Origin: an uncultured Treponema sp.
Lineage (GTDB): Bacteria; Spirochaetota; Spirochaetia; Treponematales; Treponemataceae
DNA: 64,000 nucleotides
Assembly: GCF_945873775.1 (NCBI RefSeq)
Contig: NZ_CAMCEC010000005.1
Span: 63,770 to 127,769, forward strand
Direction: 5' to 3'
Shown: in pieces, positions 28,382 to 38,371 of the stretch
Position numbering within the stretch: the first letter of the stretch is position 1
Layout of the letters: each line of letters begins with the position of its first letter
Position numbers and translations under genes: made by a program
Notes under the pieces: model-generated
What the model was told of the DNA's origin: nothing
Databases searched by the model: none
Seen by the model: the letters and a program-made list of their open reading frames with translations, nothing else

Positions 28382-29094
28382 TTCAATGGAAGCCACGGAA
28401 AATAATTTTTATAGGAAACCAGACTCCTCTTTTAAAGATTCTTGCAAAAGAAAATGAAACAGAAGTAATTTCATCTGTTAGTTTTCTTTCTACTTTGGCC
28501 ACAAGATTTGTTCCAGATTTGATTGTTTTTGACAGCATACAAGACGCGGACATTCTTGAAGTGCGGAAAAATGAAAAACTAATCTTTGTTCCAGTTCTAA
28601 TTACAGCAGAAAACTTTAAAGAACTCAACAATCTAAATTCAATCTCTGATTTTTCAAATGTAATTATATGCAACCAATCTGTTTCGCAATGCAGCCAATT
28701 TGTAGAACGATTGAAAAACCTTATGTCAAAAAAACAGCCAGTTCTTCCTTCAAGAACAGGTTCTATTGTAAAGTACGCAATTCTTTATATGAACAAAAAT
28801 CTTTCTAAAAAAATCAACAGAAATACGCTTGCAGACCAAGTTGGAGTTGATCCAGACTATCTTACACGTATTTTTCACAAGGAAATGGGAATAGGAATTT
28901 CTGCATATCTTAGTCTTTTTAGGCTAGAAGAAGGCCATAAGCTTCTTTCACTTACAGGAATGAAAATTCAAGATATTGCAAAGGAATGCGGATTTTCAAA
29001 TCCGGCGTATTTTATAAATTCCTACCGTGCAAGATTTGGAATTTCTCCTGGCACAGTAAGAAAAGAAGGTCTTTCACCTGTAAATGCTTTTTAG
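28378..29094 (+). CDS. AraC-family regulator with a receiver-like N-terminus
   Basis: LADQVGVDPDYLTRIF...IAKECGFSNPAYF...FGISP; N-terminal PDLIVFD. Confidence 0.85.
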   Translation: MIQWKPRKIIFIGNQTPLLKILAKENETEVISSVSFLSTLATRFVPDLIVFDSIQDADILEVRKNEKLIFVPVLITAENFKELNNLNSISDFSNVIICNQSVSQCSQFVERLKNLMSKKQPVLPSRTGSIVKYAILYMNKNLSKKINRNTLADQVGVDPDYLTRIFHKEMGIGISAYLSLFRLEEGHKLLSLTGMKIQDIAKECGFSNPAYFINSYRARFGISPGTVRKEGLSPVNAF

Positions 29095-29148
29095 CAATCT
29101 CATTTTAATAGGTTAAATGTCAAGTTTTAGAATTTCTTGAAATTCCTA

Positions 29149-29222
29149 GTCATTGTCGGGCTTGACCCGATAATCTCTTGCAATTTTTTAAGCAAGATTG
29201 CAGTGTCAAGCATGGCAATGAC
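29149..29222. repeat. Inverted pair of GTCATT-type palindromic repeats (BIME-like)
   Basis: GTCATTGTCGGGCTTGACCCGATAATCT (29149-29176) and AGATTGCAGTGTCAAGCATGGCAATGAC (29195-29222). Confidence 0.8.
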
Positions 29223-29295
29223 AGTAAACTTACAAAACTCGAAATTGTACCTAATAAATAAAAAGCTCATTTTGCCTTCAAAAGTTTTCAGATTA

Positions 29296-29324
29296 TTGAA
29301 TTCAAAAGTTTTATAGCCTATAAT
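29296..29324 (+). promoter_or_regulatory. Sigma70-type promoter of pth, probably leaderless
   Basis: TTGAAT-N17-TATAAT, then 6 nt to the ATG, with no SD. Confidence 0.6.
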
Positions 29325-29330
29325 GCACGC

Positions 29331-29993
29331 ATGATTCAGCTAATTGCATTTTTAGGAAACTATGGAAAGGAATATTCAGGCACAAGACATAATGTTCCAT
29401 GGATTTTTGAAGAACATCTTCCGTTTGCATCAAAAATTTCTTGGCAGTCAAAGCATAAATCAGAGTTTTCTTGTGTTGACTATGCAGACTTTTTAAATTG
29501 GCTAAAAGATTTTTCACTTATAAAACCAAGACAAGACGGAACTTTGCCCATAGCTTCAAATGCCCCAGATAAAATTTACTTTATGAAGCCTTTGACCTAT
29601 ATGAATTTAAGCGGAGAAGCAGTTGGAGAAGCTGCCCGTTTCTTTAAAATAAAACCGGAAAATATCCTTATTTTGCATGATGAAATTGAACTTCCGCTTG
29701 GAACACTCAGCTTAAAGTGGTCTGGAGGACTCGGAGGACATAACGGACTTCGCTCAATAAAAGAACATCTTGGAACTGCGGATTTTTGGAGGCTAAGATT
29801 CGGAGTTGGAAAACCGGTTCACGGAAGTGTCGCTGATTTTGTGCTAGGATCATTTTCAGAAGATGAAAAAATAATGCTTTCACAAGTTTTTTCACAGGCA
29901 AATATTCTTTTTTCAAAAATTTTGACTTCATCACAGCCAGAAAAACTCATTCCTGAATGGGGAAAGAAAAAAGTTATTCCAGAAACAAAGTAA
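29331..29993 (+). CDS. pth: Peptidyl-tRNA hydrolase
   Basis: LGNYG..YSGTRHNV, KPLTYMNLSG, HDEIELP and GGHNGLRSI motifs. Confidence 0.95.
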   Translation: MIQLIAFLGNYGKEYSGTRHNVPWIFEEHLPFASKISWQSKHKSEFSCVDYADFLNWLKDFSLIKPRQDGTLPIASNAPDKIYFMKPLTYMNLSGEAVGEAARFFKIKPENILILHDEIELPLGTLSLKWSGGLGGHNGLRSIKEHLGTADFWRLRFGVGKPVHGSVADFVLGSFSEDEKIMLSQVFSQANILFSKILTSSQPEKLIPEWGKKKVIPETK

Positions 29994-30006
29994 AAAAAAT
30001 TATTTT

Positions 30007-30843
30007 ATGGAAAAATCAGAACTTACAAAGAAAATAGAAAACATTTCATTGTCTGCGGCTTCATTCAACAGGCTTTTTGAACTTGCAAATATTCTGCGCA
30101 AAGAATGCCCTTGGGATAAAATTCAGACGCCGCAGACATTAAGAAGCACGTTAATAGAAGAAACCTTTGAAACCGTTGATGCGATAACAGAAAAAAGCCC
30201 AAGCCACGTACGTGAAGAACTTGGCGATGTGTTTTTCAATCTTATTTTCATTGCAAAATGCTTTGAAGAAGAAAACGAATTTACAATCGATCAAGTTTTA
30301 AATGAAGTTTGCGAAAAACTTATCCGAAGGCATCCTCATATTTTTGAAAATGCAAGCGAAACCAATCGTTCAACAAAAATTCAAAGCGCATCAGATGTAA
30401 AAGCGCAGTGGGACAAAATAAAAGACAATGTAGAAGGCAGAAAACAGGATAGCGCAATTGATTCTGTTCCAAAAGGATTTCCGCCGCTTTTAAAAGCATT
30501 TAAAATTCTAAAGAAAGCTGCAAAAGAAGGCTTTGACTGGCGCGCAACAGAACAAGCTTATGATAAAGTAAAGGAAGAATTAACTGAAGTAAGAGAATCT
30601 TCGCCAGAAAACACGGAAGAAGAAGTTGGAGACTTGCTTTTATCATGTGTAAATTTAAGCCGCAAACTTAACATAGATCCATCAGTTGCGCTTGAAAGAG
30701 CCATAAACAAGTTCAGCACAAGATTCAAGTTCGTTGAAAAAAGCATGAAAAAGGAAAATCTTGAAATGAAAGCCGAAAATGATAAAAAAATGATGGAATT
30801 TTGGAAATCAGCAAAGATTATTGAAAATACAGCAGATTTATAG
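30007..30843 (+). CDS. mazG: Nucleoside triphosphate pyrophosphohydrolase
   Basis: LRKECPWDKIQT, EETFE, EELGDV and KLIRRHPHIF motifs. Confidence 0.93.
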   Translation: MEKSELTKKIENISLSAASFNRLFELANILRKECPWDKIQTPQTLRSTLIEETFETVDAITEKSPSHVREELGDVFFNLIFIAKCFEEENEFTIDQVLNEVCEKLIRRHPHIFENASETNRSTKIQSASDVKAQWDKIKDNVEGRKQDSAIDSVPKGFPPLLKAFKILKKAAKEGFDWRATEQAYDKVKEELTEVRESSPENTEEEVGDLLLSCVNLSRKLNIDPSVALERAINKFSTRFKFVEKSMKKENLEMKAENDKKMMEFWKSAKIIENTADL

Positions 30844-30894
30844 TATATTTTTAGCATGGCTGCTCCTTATATTGCAGTCTTTTTTGGAGTAAAA

Positions 30895-31506
30895 ATGATC
30901 AAAAAAATTGATGGCATCGTTTTGGAAGATGAAAAAGAGGAAAAAAAAGCTGAAAACGCAGCTCCAGATCCTCTTGCAGAGAAGTTTTTAAAGACAAGAC
31001 AAATCCTTTTAAGCGGCGAAATCTGCGAAGAGCTTGCAGAAAAGATTATAAGGCAGCTTTTAATTCTTGAAGCAGACAACGATAAACCTATTTACATTTA
31101 TGTTGACAGTCCTGGCGGAGATGTTTACGCAGGATTCGCAATTTTTGACACGATACGCTTTATAAATGCGCCTGTTTATATAATCGGAACAGGACTTATT
31201 GCAAGCGCGGCGGCATTGATTCTTCTTTCTGTGCCAAAAGAACGCAGACTTGGACTTCCTCATTCAAGCTACCTGATTCACCAGCCTTCAAGCGGAATGA
31301 AAGGCGTTGCGACAGACATTGAAATTCATGCCGCAGAGCTTGCAAAGACACGCACAAAGATAAATGAGATAATTTCGGAGCAGACAGGAACTTCATTAGA
31401 AAAAGTTTCAAAGGACACTGACCGCGACTACTGGCTTAATTCAGAAGAAGCAGTTCAGTATGGACTTATCTGCAAAGTAATTACAAACCGCAAAGACTTA
31501 GGCTGA
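30895..31506 (+). CDS. clpP: ATP-dependent Clp protease proteolytic subunit
   Basis: DSPGG, ASAAA, IHQP and DRDYWL motifs; GGAG RBS before 30895. Confidence 0.93.
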   Translation: MIKKIDGIVLEDEKEEKKAENAAPDPLAEKFLKTRQILLSGEICEELAEKIIRQLLILEADNDKPIYIYVDSPGGDVYAGFAIFDTIRFINAPVYIIGTGLIASAAALILLSVPKERRLGLPHSSYLIHQPSSGMKGVATDIEIHAAELAKTRTKINEIISEQTGTSLEKVSKDTDRDYWLNSEEAVQYGLICKVITNRKDLG

Positions 31507-31516
31507 TTTTTTCAAA

Positions 31517-32446
31517 ATGACATTCGAGCTTACAGATTCCATTAAAAATGACATTATATTTGCCATGGAAGACCAGAATTCACAAAGCGTTTTCAATGCT
31601 GCGGAAAGTAAGGTTGTAAGCGTTGCAAAGAACTTTGACAATCCGGCAGAAGACTTAAAAATAGATGAAAACAAAGTCTATTCCTTGCCAAACTGGACAA
31701 GCGATGACGGTTTTGATCTTATGGAAGCCTTTTCAGAAAACTGCCGTTCACCTTTAGCGAGGAATGAATTAAAAAGATGCTTGCAAAGCAGACGGGGGGT
31801 GTTCAGAAATTTTAAGAATATTCTAAAAGCGTATCCAGATGTTGAAAAAAGATGGTTTGCATTCAAAACAAAGACAATGCTTTCTAAAATCAACGAATGG
31901 TACAATGACTTGCGCGAGACTTGGGGACTTGAACTTCTTGAAGAAGATTCCGCAGATGAAACTGAAGATCTTGTTCGGAATGATTTTGAGTTCAAGAAAT
32001 ACGATTCCGACAGGGACAAGGAATGCGTTGATCGTGCAGTTGAAATAATGGCAGAAGAATATAAGAACAGCTTTGAAGGCGAGATTGGAATTTCCATTGC
32101 TGCAATGTGGCGTTACCAGTCGGCTTTTTCTAAAAATGAGAATAAGTATGGTTTTGTTTGCTATTCCCATTTAAAAGAATTTTTGGGCTGTGTTTTATTT
32201 TCATCTTGTCTGTCCTCGGCAAAAAGAACAGCTGTAGTTACTGATTTTTTTGTCTTTCAGAATTACCGTGGCTTAGGCATAGGAAAAGAACTTTTCCAAA
32301 AATGTCTGGAAAAAGCAAAAAGCAGCGGAATTCAGTGGGTTTTATTTTCAAATACAATTATTCCGGAATCCATGGAGCATTTATTAAGCCAATTTTCTTT
32401 TGAAAAGCTAGGATCCGGCTATGTTGTAGATTTATTAAAAGATTAA
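31517..32446 (+). CDS. UPF0158-domain/GNAT acetyltransferase fusion
   Basis: N-terminal RGVFRNFKNIL (UPF0158-like); C-terminal VFQNYRGLGIGKEL acetyl-CoA motif. Confidence 0.7.
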   Translation: MTFELTDSIKNDIIFAMEDQNSQSVFNAAESKVVSVAKNFDNPAEDLKIDENKVYSLPNWTSDDGFDLMEAFSENCRSPLARNELKRCLQSRRGVFRNFKNILKAYPDVEKRWFAFKTKTMLSKINEWYNDLRETWGLELLEEDSADETEDLVRNDFEFKKYDSDRDKECVDRAVEIMAEEYKNSFEGEIGISIAAMWRYQSAFSKNENKYGFVCYSHLKEFLGCVLFSSCLSSAKRTAVVTDFFVFQNYRGLGIGKELFQKCLEKAKSSGIQWVLFSNTIIPESMEHLLSQFSFEKLGSGYVVDLLKD

Positions 32447-32516
32447 TTTTTTATTCTGAAAAGCCATGCAGCGGCAAATTCAGAAAAGAGCCTTAGTTAG
32501 TTACAGGAGTTTGATT

Positions 32517-33377
32517 ATGGCATACAACAATAACCGTGAAGGTTTTAAATTGAACGAAGAAAACATCGCATCATTTTTGGCAGATGCAGTAAACCGCGTG
32601 GAAAAAGCAAGCAATGCAGAAATTGAAACATTAAAGCAGATTAAAAAGCTTTTCAAAAAGAATGTTCCTTTTTCACGCAGAAGTTATGTAGTAGCATTGC
32701 TCATTAAAAATGCAAATTCGGGCTTCAAGAGCAACCGTTTCAACCGCACAGAAAAAACAGAAAAGTTCGGACGTTCAGACAGAAATGAACGTTTTTCAAG
32801 AAATGAAAGCCGCCAGTCAGAAAGAAATTCAGAAGAACGCAAGGAACGCGCAGAAAAATCTCCACGTGTAACAATCGATCCTTCTGTTGCAGACACAATT
32901 TTTATAAGCGTTGGAAGAAGCCGCGGAGTTTTCCCAAGAGATTTAGTTGGACTTCTCGTAAGCGTTGCAGGTCTTGAACGCTCACGCATTGGAGAAATCA
33001 GAGTTCTTTCAAACTATTCTTTTATAACTCTCTTTGCGGAAGACTGCGACAAGACAATCAAAGCATTGAACGAATATGAATACCGCGGAAGAAAATTAAG
33101 CGTAAGCTATTCGCGCAAAAAGGACGAAAATGAAGCTTCTGGAAATGCAGAACAGGCTTCAACAGAACCTGCAATTTCAGAAGATACAATACCTACAAAT
33201 GTTGTAAATGACGCACACGCAGACACATCAGCAAATACAGAAGAGGCGAAGATTGCAGCAGAACAGAGCGCATTCGCAGCTTCAATGGACAATGCGCCAG
33301 TTGAAGACAAACCGTATTCAGAAACAACTGATGACGGCCAAGTAAAATCTCACTTTGGAAACGGTGAAGCATATTGA
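32517..33377 (+). CDS. DbpA RNA-binding-domain protein
   Basis: IFISVGRSRGVFPRDLVG...IGEIRVLSNYSF. Confidence 0.8.
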   Translation: MAYNNNREGFKLNEENIASFLADAVNRVEKASNAEIETLKQIKKLFKKNVPFSRRSYVVALLIKNANSGFKSNRFNRTEKTEKFGRSDRNERFSRNESRQSERNSEERKERAEKSPRVTIDPSVADTIFISVGRSRGVFPRDLVGLLVSVAGLERSRIGEIRVLSNYSFITLFAEDCDKTIKALNEYEYRGRKLSVSYSRKKDENEASGNAEQASTEPAISEDTIPTNVVNDAHADTSANTEEAKIAAEQSAFAASMDNAPVEDKPYSETTDDGQVKSHFGNGEAY

Positions 33378-34039
33378 TTCATGCAATTCAAACAGGACCT
33401 TTCAGCGTTAACACTTACATTGTAAACTTGGAAGGTTCTGACGCATTAATTGTAGATCCAGCCTGCTGCAAATTCTCAAATGACGAGGATAAGTTTTTCT
33501 CTTATCTGAAGGAAAATGGTCTTGTTCCAAAAGTTATATTTTTAACCCACGGACATTTTGACCATGTGGCAGGACTGAATACAATAAAGCAGAAATTTCC
33601 CGATATAAAAATCCTCATTCATTCAAACGACGCTCACTTTATAGGAAACGGAAGTGAAATTTTGCAAAGAATTTCGCTTGAGCCAATGAATTTCCTTGAG
33701 TTTTTGCCTTTTGTTTCAAATCTTCCAGAACCAGACTTTTTAGTTTCTGACAATACAACGCTTTCTTCATACATACAGAATATTCCGCTCCTTGAAAACT
33801 GGAAAATCCTGCATACGCCCGGACACACAAAAGGCTCTTGCTGCCTATACAATCAAAATGAAAAACTTCTTATAAGCGGCGACACTGTTTTTCACCGTTC
33901 CTGGGGACGCACAGATCTTTTCAGCGGAAGCGATGCAGACATGAAACACAGCCTGAACAGAATTTACACAGAACTTCCAGACGACACAAAAGTATTTCCC
34001 GGACACAATTATTACGGCTTTACACTCGGAGAAAATTAA
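33374..34039 (+). CDS. MBL-fold metallo-hydrolase
   Basis: THGHFDH, HTPGHT, SGD and FPGH motifs. Confidence 0.9.
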   Translation: MIHAIQTGPFSVNTYIVNLEGSDALIVDPACCKFSNDEDKFFSYLKENGLVPKVIFLTHGHFDHVAGLNTIKQKFPDIKILIHSNDAHFIGNGSEILQRISLEPMNFLEFLPFVSNLPEPDFLVSDNTTLSSYIQNIPLLENWKILHTPGHTKGSCCLYNQNEKLLISGDTVFHRSWGRTDLFSGSDADMKHSLNRIYTELPDDTKVFPGHNYYGFTLGEN

Positions 34040-34068
34040 GGAAAGCCAACTTTCTATTTAACTTTTCT

Positions 34069-34100
34069 AAAAAAAAAGCCCTGGCAAATTACCAGAGCTT
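34069..34100. terminator. Terminator between convergent genes
   Basis: A-run plus AAGCCCTGG/CCAGAGCTT hairpin. Confidence 0.5.
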
Positions 34101-34107
34101 AATGAAA

Positions 34108-36171
34108 TTATTTTTCTTCAGTTGCGTCTTTTTTAGCACGAGGTTTTCTTGCGCGTTTCGGTTTTTCTTCCGAAGAATTTTTTACTGCAGTTGCTTCAAG
34201 CTCATTGCAATGATCTTCAGCCTTTATAATTTCTTGGAATTCCTTGCCTTCCATTGTTTCTTTTTCAAGAAGACGCTGCGCAATGTATTCAAGAAGATTT
34301 CCGTGTTTTTTCAAAGTCTTCAGAACGAACTGATAACGTTCTTCCATAACACGGGCAATTTCTTCGTCCACATATTTCTGTGTGTCCTCTGAAAATTCGC
34401 GAACAAGCTCAGGCTCCTGAGTTCCATAGCCTCTTCCACTTTTTCCAAGAGTAACGTTCTTGAATTTTTCACTCATGCCATAATCTGTAATCATGCGCTT
34501 GATAATATCTGTTGCACGGCTAATGTCATTTGAAGCGCCTGTGCTTATTTCACCAAAAATTATCTGTTCAGCCGCACGTCCGCCCAAAAGAACATCAACT
34601 TGCCCCATAAGCTCTTTTTTGCTGTACAAGAACTGGTCGTCCTCTGAACGCTGCAAAGTATAGCCCAAAGCGCCCATTCCGCGCGGAATAATTGTTATCT
34701 TGTGAACAGGATCGCTTCCCGGAGTAAACGCCGCCACAAGAGCATGACCAGTTTCATGGTAAGCCACAATCTTGCGTTCATTTTCTTTTACAACACGAGA
34801 CTTCTTTTTAAGGCCAACCAAAGTTTTTTCTATGGCTTCGTCAAAATCATCCATAAGAACAACTTTTCTTCCAGCACGAACAGCAAGAAGAGCCGCTTCG
34901 TTTACAATGTTGGCCAAATCTGCGCCAGCAAATCCGCTTGTAGCATGGGCAACTGCGGAAAAATCAACACTTGGATCTATTTTTACATTCTTTGCATGAA
35001 GCCTAAGAATTTCTTCACGGCCTTTTACATCCGGCTTGTCCACTACAATCTGACGGTCAAATCGTCCAGGACGCAAAAGCGCAGGATCCAGAATATCAGG
35101 GCGGTTTGTAGCAGCAAGAATTATAAGCCCCTTCTCATTGTCGAATCCGTCCATTTCAACCAAAAGCTGATTCAGTGTCTGCTCACGCTCATCGTTTCCG
35201 CCAAGATTATTTACACGGCTTTTGCCTATAGCGTCAAGTTCATCAATAAAAATAATGCACGGAGCTTTTTCACGGGCAGCACGGAACAAATCACGGACAC
35301 GGCTTGCGCCAACGCCAACAAACATTTCAACAAAATCAGAACCAGAAATTCTAAAAAACGGAACACCAGCTTCACCTGCAACAGCACGCGCAAGCAAAGT
35401 TTTTCCAGTTCCCGGAGGTCCTACAAGCAAAGCGCCTTTTGGAATTTTTCCGCCTATATCGGTATATTTTTTAGGCTGTTTCAAAAAATCAACAAGTTCC
35501 ATCAATTCTTCTTTAGCTTCGTCAACGCCAGCCACATCCTGAAAACGAGTCTTTACCTTTCCTTCATCAACAGCCTTTGATCTTCCGCCGCCGCCAAGAA
35601 TAGAGCCCATTCCACCAATTCCGCCGCCCATTTTTCTGAAAATAAAGAAATACATTAAGAAAATAAAGCCAAACGGAATCACAAGATTAAGCAAAAGCTG
35701 AATAAGATAATTGTTTTGCCGCGTTACAAATTTGTAGTCCACGCCTTTTTCATCAAGGAATTCAATAAAACCTTCCATAAGAACGCCAGAAGTCCGGTAG
35801 ACACCGCCACTTTCAGTTCCAAGAGGCATTCCCATAAAGCCAAAGCGTGAAGGCTGTGAAGTGCCGGCAGAATGTGAAGTATAGCCTGTAAAATAATTTT
35901 CACCAAGCTCAACACGGACAATCTGCCCCTGATCTATAAGATTCCTAAATTCAGAAAAATCAATTAAATCAGTGGGCTTGGAAGAAAACATCATGTTCAC
36001 AGCTATAAGAACACCGGCAAGAACCAAAAGTATTGTCCAAAAAGGCGGACCTTTCTGAGGACCATTTCCAGAAAGCTTTTTGTCCCCCTTCTCATTGTCT
36101 ATAGAAAGCTTGAAAAAATCATAAGGATCATTTTCAGTCTGCTTTTTGTCATCATCTTTTTTGTCGTTCAT
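34108..36171 (-). CDS. ftsH: ATP-dependent zinc metalloprotease FtsH
   Basis: Two TM segments, [20 protein letters not shown] and HETGH motifs. Confidence 0.97.
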   Translation of the reverse strand: MNDKKDDDKKQTENDPYDFFKLSIDNEKGDKKLSGNGPQKGPPFWTILLVLAGVLIAVNMMFSSKPTDLIDFSEFRNLIDQGQIVRVELGENYFTGYTSHSAGTSQPSRFGFMGMPLGTESGGVYRTSGVLMEGFIEFLDEKGVDYKFVTRQNNYLIQLLLNLVIPFGFIFLMYFFIFRKMGGGIGGMGSILGGGGRSKAVDEGKVKTRFQDVAGVDEAKEELMELVDFLKQPKKYTDIGGKIPKGALLVGPPGTGKTLLARAVAGEAGVPFFRISGSDFVEMFVGVGASRVRDLFRAAREKAPCIIFIDELDAIGKSRVNNLGGNDEREQTLNQLLVEMDGFDNEKGLIILAATNRPDILDPALLRPGRFDRQIVVDKPDVKGREEILRLHAKNVKIDPSVDFSAVAHATSGFAGADLANIVNEAALLAVRAGRKVVLMDDFDEAIEKTLVGLKKKSRVVKENERKIVAYHETGHALVAAFTPGSDPVHKITIIPRGMGALGYTLQRSEDDQFLYSKKELMGQVDVLLGGRAAEQIIFGEISTGASNDISRATDIIKRMITDYGMSEKFKNVTLGKSGRGYGTQEPELVREFSEDTQKYVDEEIARVMEERYQFVLKTLKKHGNLLEYIAQRLLEKETMEGKEFQEIIKAEDHCNELEATAVKNSSEEKPKRARKPRAKKDATEEK

Positions 36172-36254
36172 TTTTACCTCAAGTAGAAATTTTGCTATAT
36201 CAGATAATATACAATATATTCAGTAACTGGGCAATTAAGAATATGACTTTGGAA

Positions 36255-36285
36255 TAAAAAAAACCGGACTGCAAGTGCAATCCGG
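36255..36285 (-). terminator. Terminator of the ABC operon
   Basis: CCGGACTGCA/TGCAATCCGG hairpin with a U-run on the - strand. Confidence 0.6.
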
Positions 36286-36308
36286 CATAAGTTTTGTGAA
36301 TGAAAGCC

Positions 36309-37220
36309 CTACTCTTTTACACCACCAGCAGTTACACCGCCAATGATATATCTTGAAAGGAAGAAGTAAATCACAATCAAAGGAAGAATAGCAACAGTCA
36401 TAAGTGTATAGTTAACACCCAAGTCAAACATCATGTAGTCAGCAGAACGAGCATTGGCAATAACAATCGGAACTGTCCAAAGCTTTTTGTCGCTGATTAC
36501 GAGAGCTGGAATAAAGTAGTTGTTCCATGAAGTAACGAATGCAAAGATTGCCTGAACTGCAAACGCAGGTTTGAGCATAGGACAAACAATCGCATTGAAT
36601 GTATAGAACTCATTGCTTCCGTCTACGCGGGCAGCTTCAACAATTGAATAAGGCAAAGTTGCTTCCATTGACTGATACATATAGAAGAAAACAACAGGAG
36701 CCGCAATAGCAGGGATAACAAGCGGAATATAAGAATTCATAATTCCAAGCTTTGTAATCAACTGCAAGAATCCAAGTGTAGAAACCTGTGTTGGAACCAT
36801 CATAACAGCCATGATGAACTTAAATGCGCTCTTTTTGCCTTTGAAGTTGTACATATAAATTCCATAAGCTGTCATTGCGCTAAAGTAAGTTGTAAACGCA
36901 GCTGTAAAAAGAGCAACAAGGAAGCTGTTTCCAAGTCCACGGAAAATAGGATAGCTTGTTCCGTAAACCTTGCGTTCAACCTGCTGACCTGCAACAACAT
37001 CAAACCAGCGTTCACTCTTTAAAAACTGCTTGATATGAAGCCAAAGCTGAGTTCCAGGGATAGCAGAGAATCCACTCTGAATCTGCGGATGCGAGCGAGT
37101 TGCATTGATAACCATAATATAGAATGGAAACAATGAAAGAATCGCCAAAAGAACCAGAACTGCATAGCAGATAAATCTTCTGGTAGAAAGCATTTTTGCC
37201 TGACTTTTTAATTTCTCCAT
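36309..37220 (-). CDS. Carbohydrate ABC transporter permease
   Basis: EAARVDG EAA loop; six TM segments. Confidence 0.92.
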   Translation of the reverse strand: MEKLKSQAKMLSTRRFICYAVLVLLAILSLFPFYIMVINATRSHPQIQSGFSAIPGTQLWLHIKQFLKSERWFDVVAGQQVERKVYGTSYPIFRGLGNSFLVALFTAAFTTYFSAMTAYGIYMYNFKGKKSAFKFIMAVMMVPTQVSTLGFLQLITKLGIMNSYIPLVIPAIAAPVVFFYMYQSMEATLPYSIVEAARVDGSNEFYTFNAIVCPMLKPAFAVQAIFAFVTSWNNYFIPALVISDKKLWTVPIVIANARSADYMMFDLGVNYTLMTVAILPLIVIYFFLSRYIIGGVTAGGVKE

Positions 37221-37231
37221 AAAATTATCTC

Positions 37232-38209
37232 CTATCTTTTATTCTGGTACTTGCTCATAGTAATCTTATAAACAAGTCCGCTCAAAACACCAGTAACTGC
37301 AAACAGAAGTACAGAAATAGCTCCTGCAGGTCCGTAGTTCTTGCTCTGAAGATGATTGTTAAGCTTCATAATAATTGTCATTGTGGTTCTGTCTGGAGTA
37401 CCAGCAGCATTTGTCAAAATCTGCGGAACATCGAACATCTGAATACCACCAATCAAAGAAGTAATGAAAACATAAACAAAAATCGGAAGAAGCAATGGCA
37501 TTGTAACTTTGAAGAACACCTGAGAAGGAGAAGCTCCGTCTATGCGGGCTGCTTCAAAGAGGCTGTTATCAATTCCCATAACGCCAGCCATAAGCAAAAT
37601 TGTTGTGTTTCCATACCACATAAGGAAGTTCATTGCAGCAACCAAAGTTCTAGTCCAAGCGGTAGAAGTAAAGAAGTAGATTGGCTTCATCGGTTCAGCC
37701 GCACCAAGACCAATAGCTGTTTCATTTGTCTTGTCAACAATAGAGCGGATCATGCCGTTTACAGGACCATTAGGCGAGAACAAAGTAAAGAACAGCATTG
37801 CGAATGTCGCCGCCATAATCAAGTTAGGCATATAAATAACTGTCTTAAAGAATCCCTGCCCTTTTAGGTTAAGTTCTGTGTTTGTAAACCAAACAGCAAG
37901 AAGCAAAGATATTATAATCTGCGGAACAAATCCCATGACCCACATTATAAGTGTATTAAGGAAATATTTTCCCAAACTGTCGCCAGCGGTAAATATCGCC
38001 TTGAAATTTTCCAAACCAATAAAAGTAGGTCCAACAGTAAGAAGTCCTACACGGTAATACTCAAAGAAGCTGAAAATAAAAGTTGTCAAAAGCGGAATGA
38101 GCGAAAATATAATATAAATTACAAAGAATGGCGCAATAAAAACATATCCCCAATTATCATACTGGATGGTATGCTTTCTATTTGCACTTTTTTTAACATT
38201 ATTTTTCAT
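37232..38209 (-). CDS. Carbohydrate ABC transporter permease
   Basis: LFEAARIDGAS motif; multiple TM segments. Confidence 0.92.
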   Translation of the reverse strand: MKNNVKKSANRKHTIQYDNWGYVFIAPFFVIYIIFSLIPLLTTFIFSFFEYYRVGLLTVGPTFIGLENFKAIFTAGDSLGKYFLNTLIMWVMGFVPQIIISLLLAVWFTNTELNLKGQGFFKTVIYMPNLIMAATFAMLFFTLFSPNGPVNGMIRSIVDKTNETAIGLGAAEPMKPIYFFTSTAWTRTLVAAMNFLMWYGNTTILLMAGVMGIDNSLFEAARIDGASPSQVFFKVTMPLLLPIFVYVFITSLIGGIQMFDVPQILTNAAGTPDRTTMTIIMKLNNHLQSKNYGPAGAISVLLFAVTGVLSGLVYKITMSKYQNKR

Positions 38210-38326
38210 TAAATCCTCTCAGAAATAATAGCAACACATCATAGAGGGAAGTATTTCTATTGAAAAAAGCGGGTAAAAAAAATGCCACCTCAAAAAAAGG
38301 CGGCACTTTCTTTCTGCAACCTTGAG

Positions 38327-38354
38327 ACTGAAACCATGAATCCATGGTTTCAGT
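38327..38354. other. Perfect stem-loop 3' of the solute-binding protein gene (likely mRNA stabiliser)
   Basis: ACTGAAACCATG-AATC-CATGGTTTCAGT. Confidence 0.5.
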
Positions 38355-38371
38355 GATAAGAATTACATCAA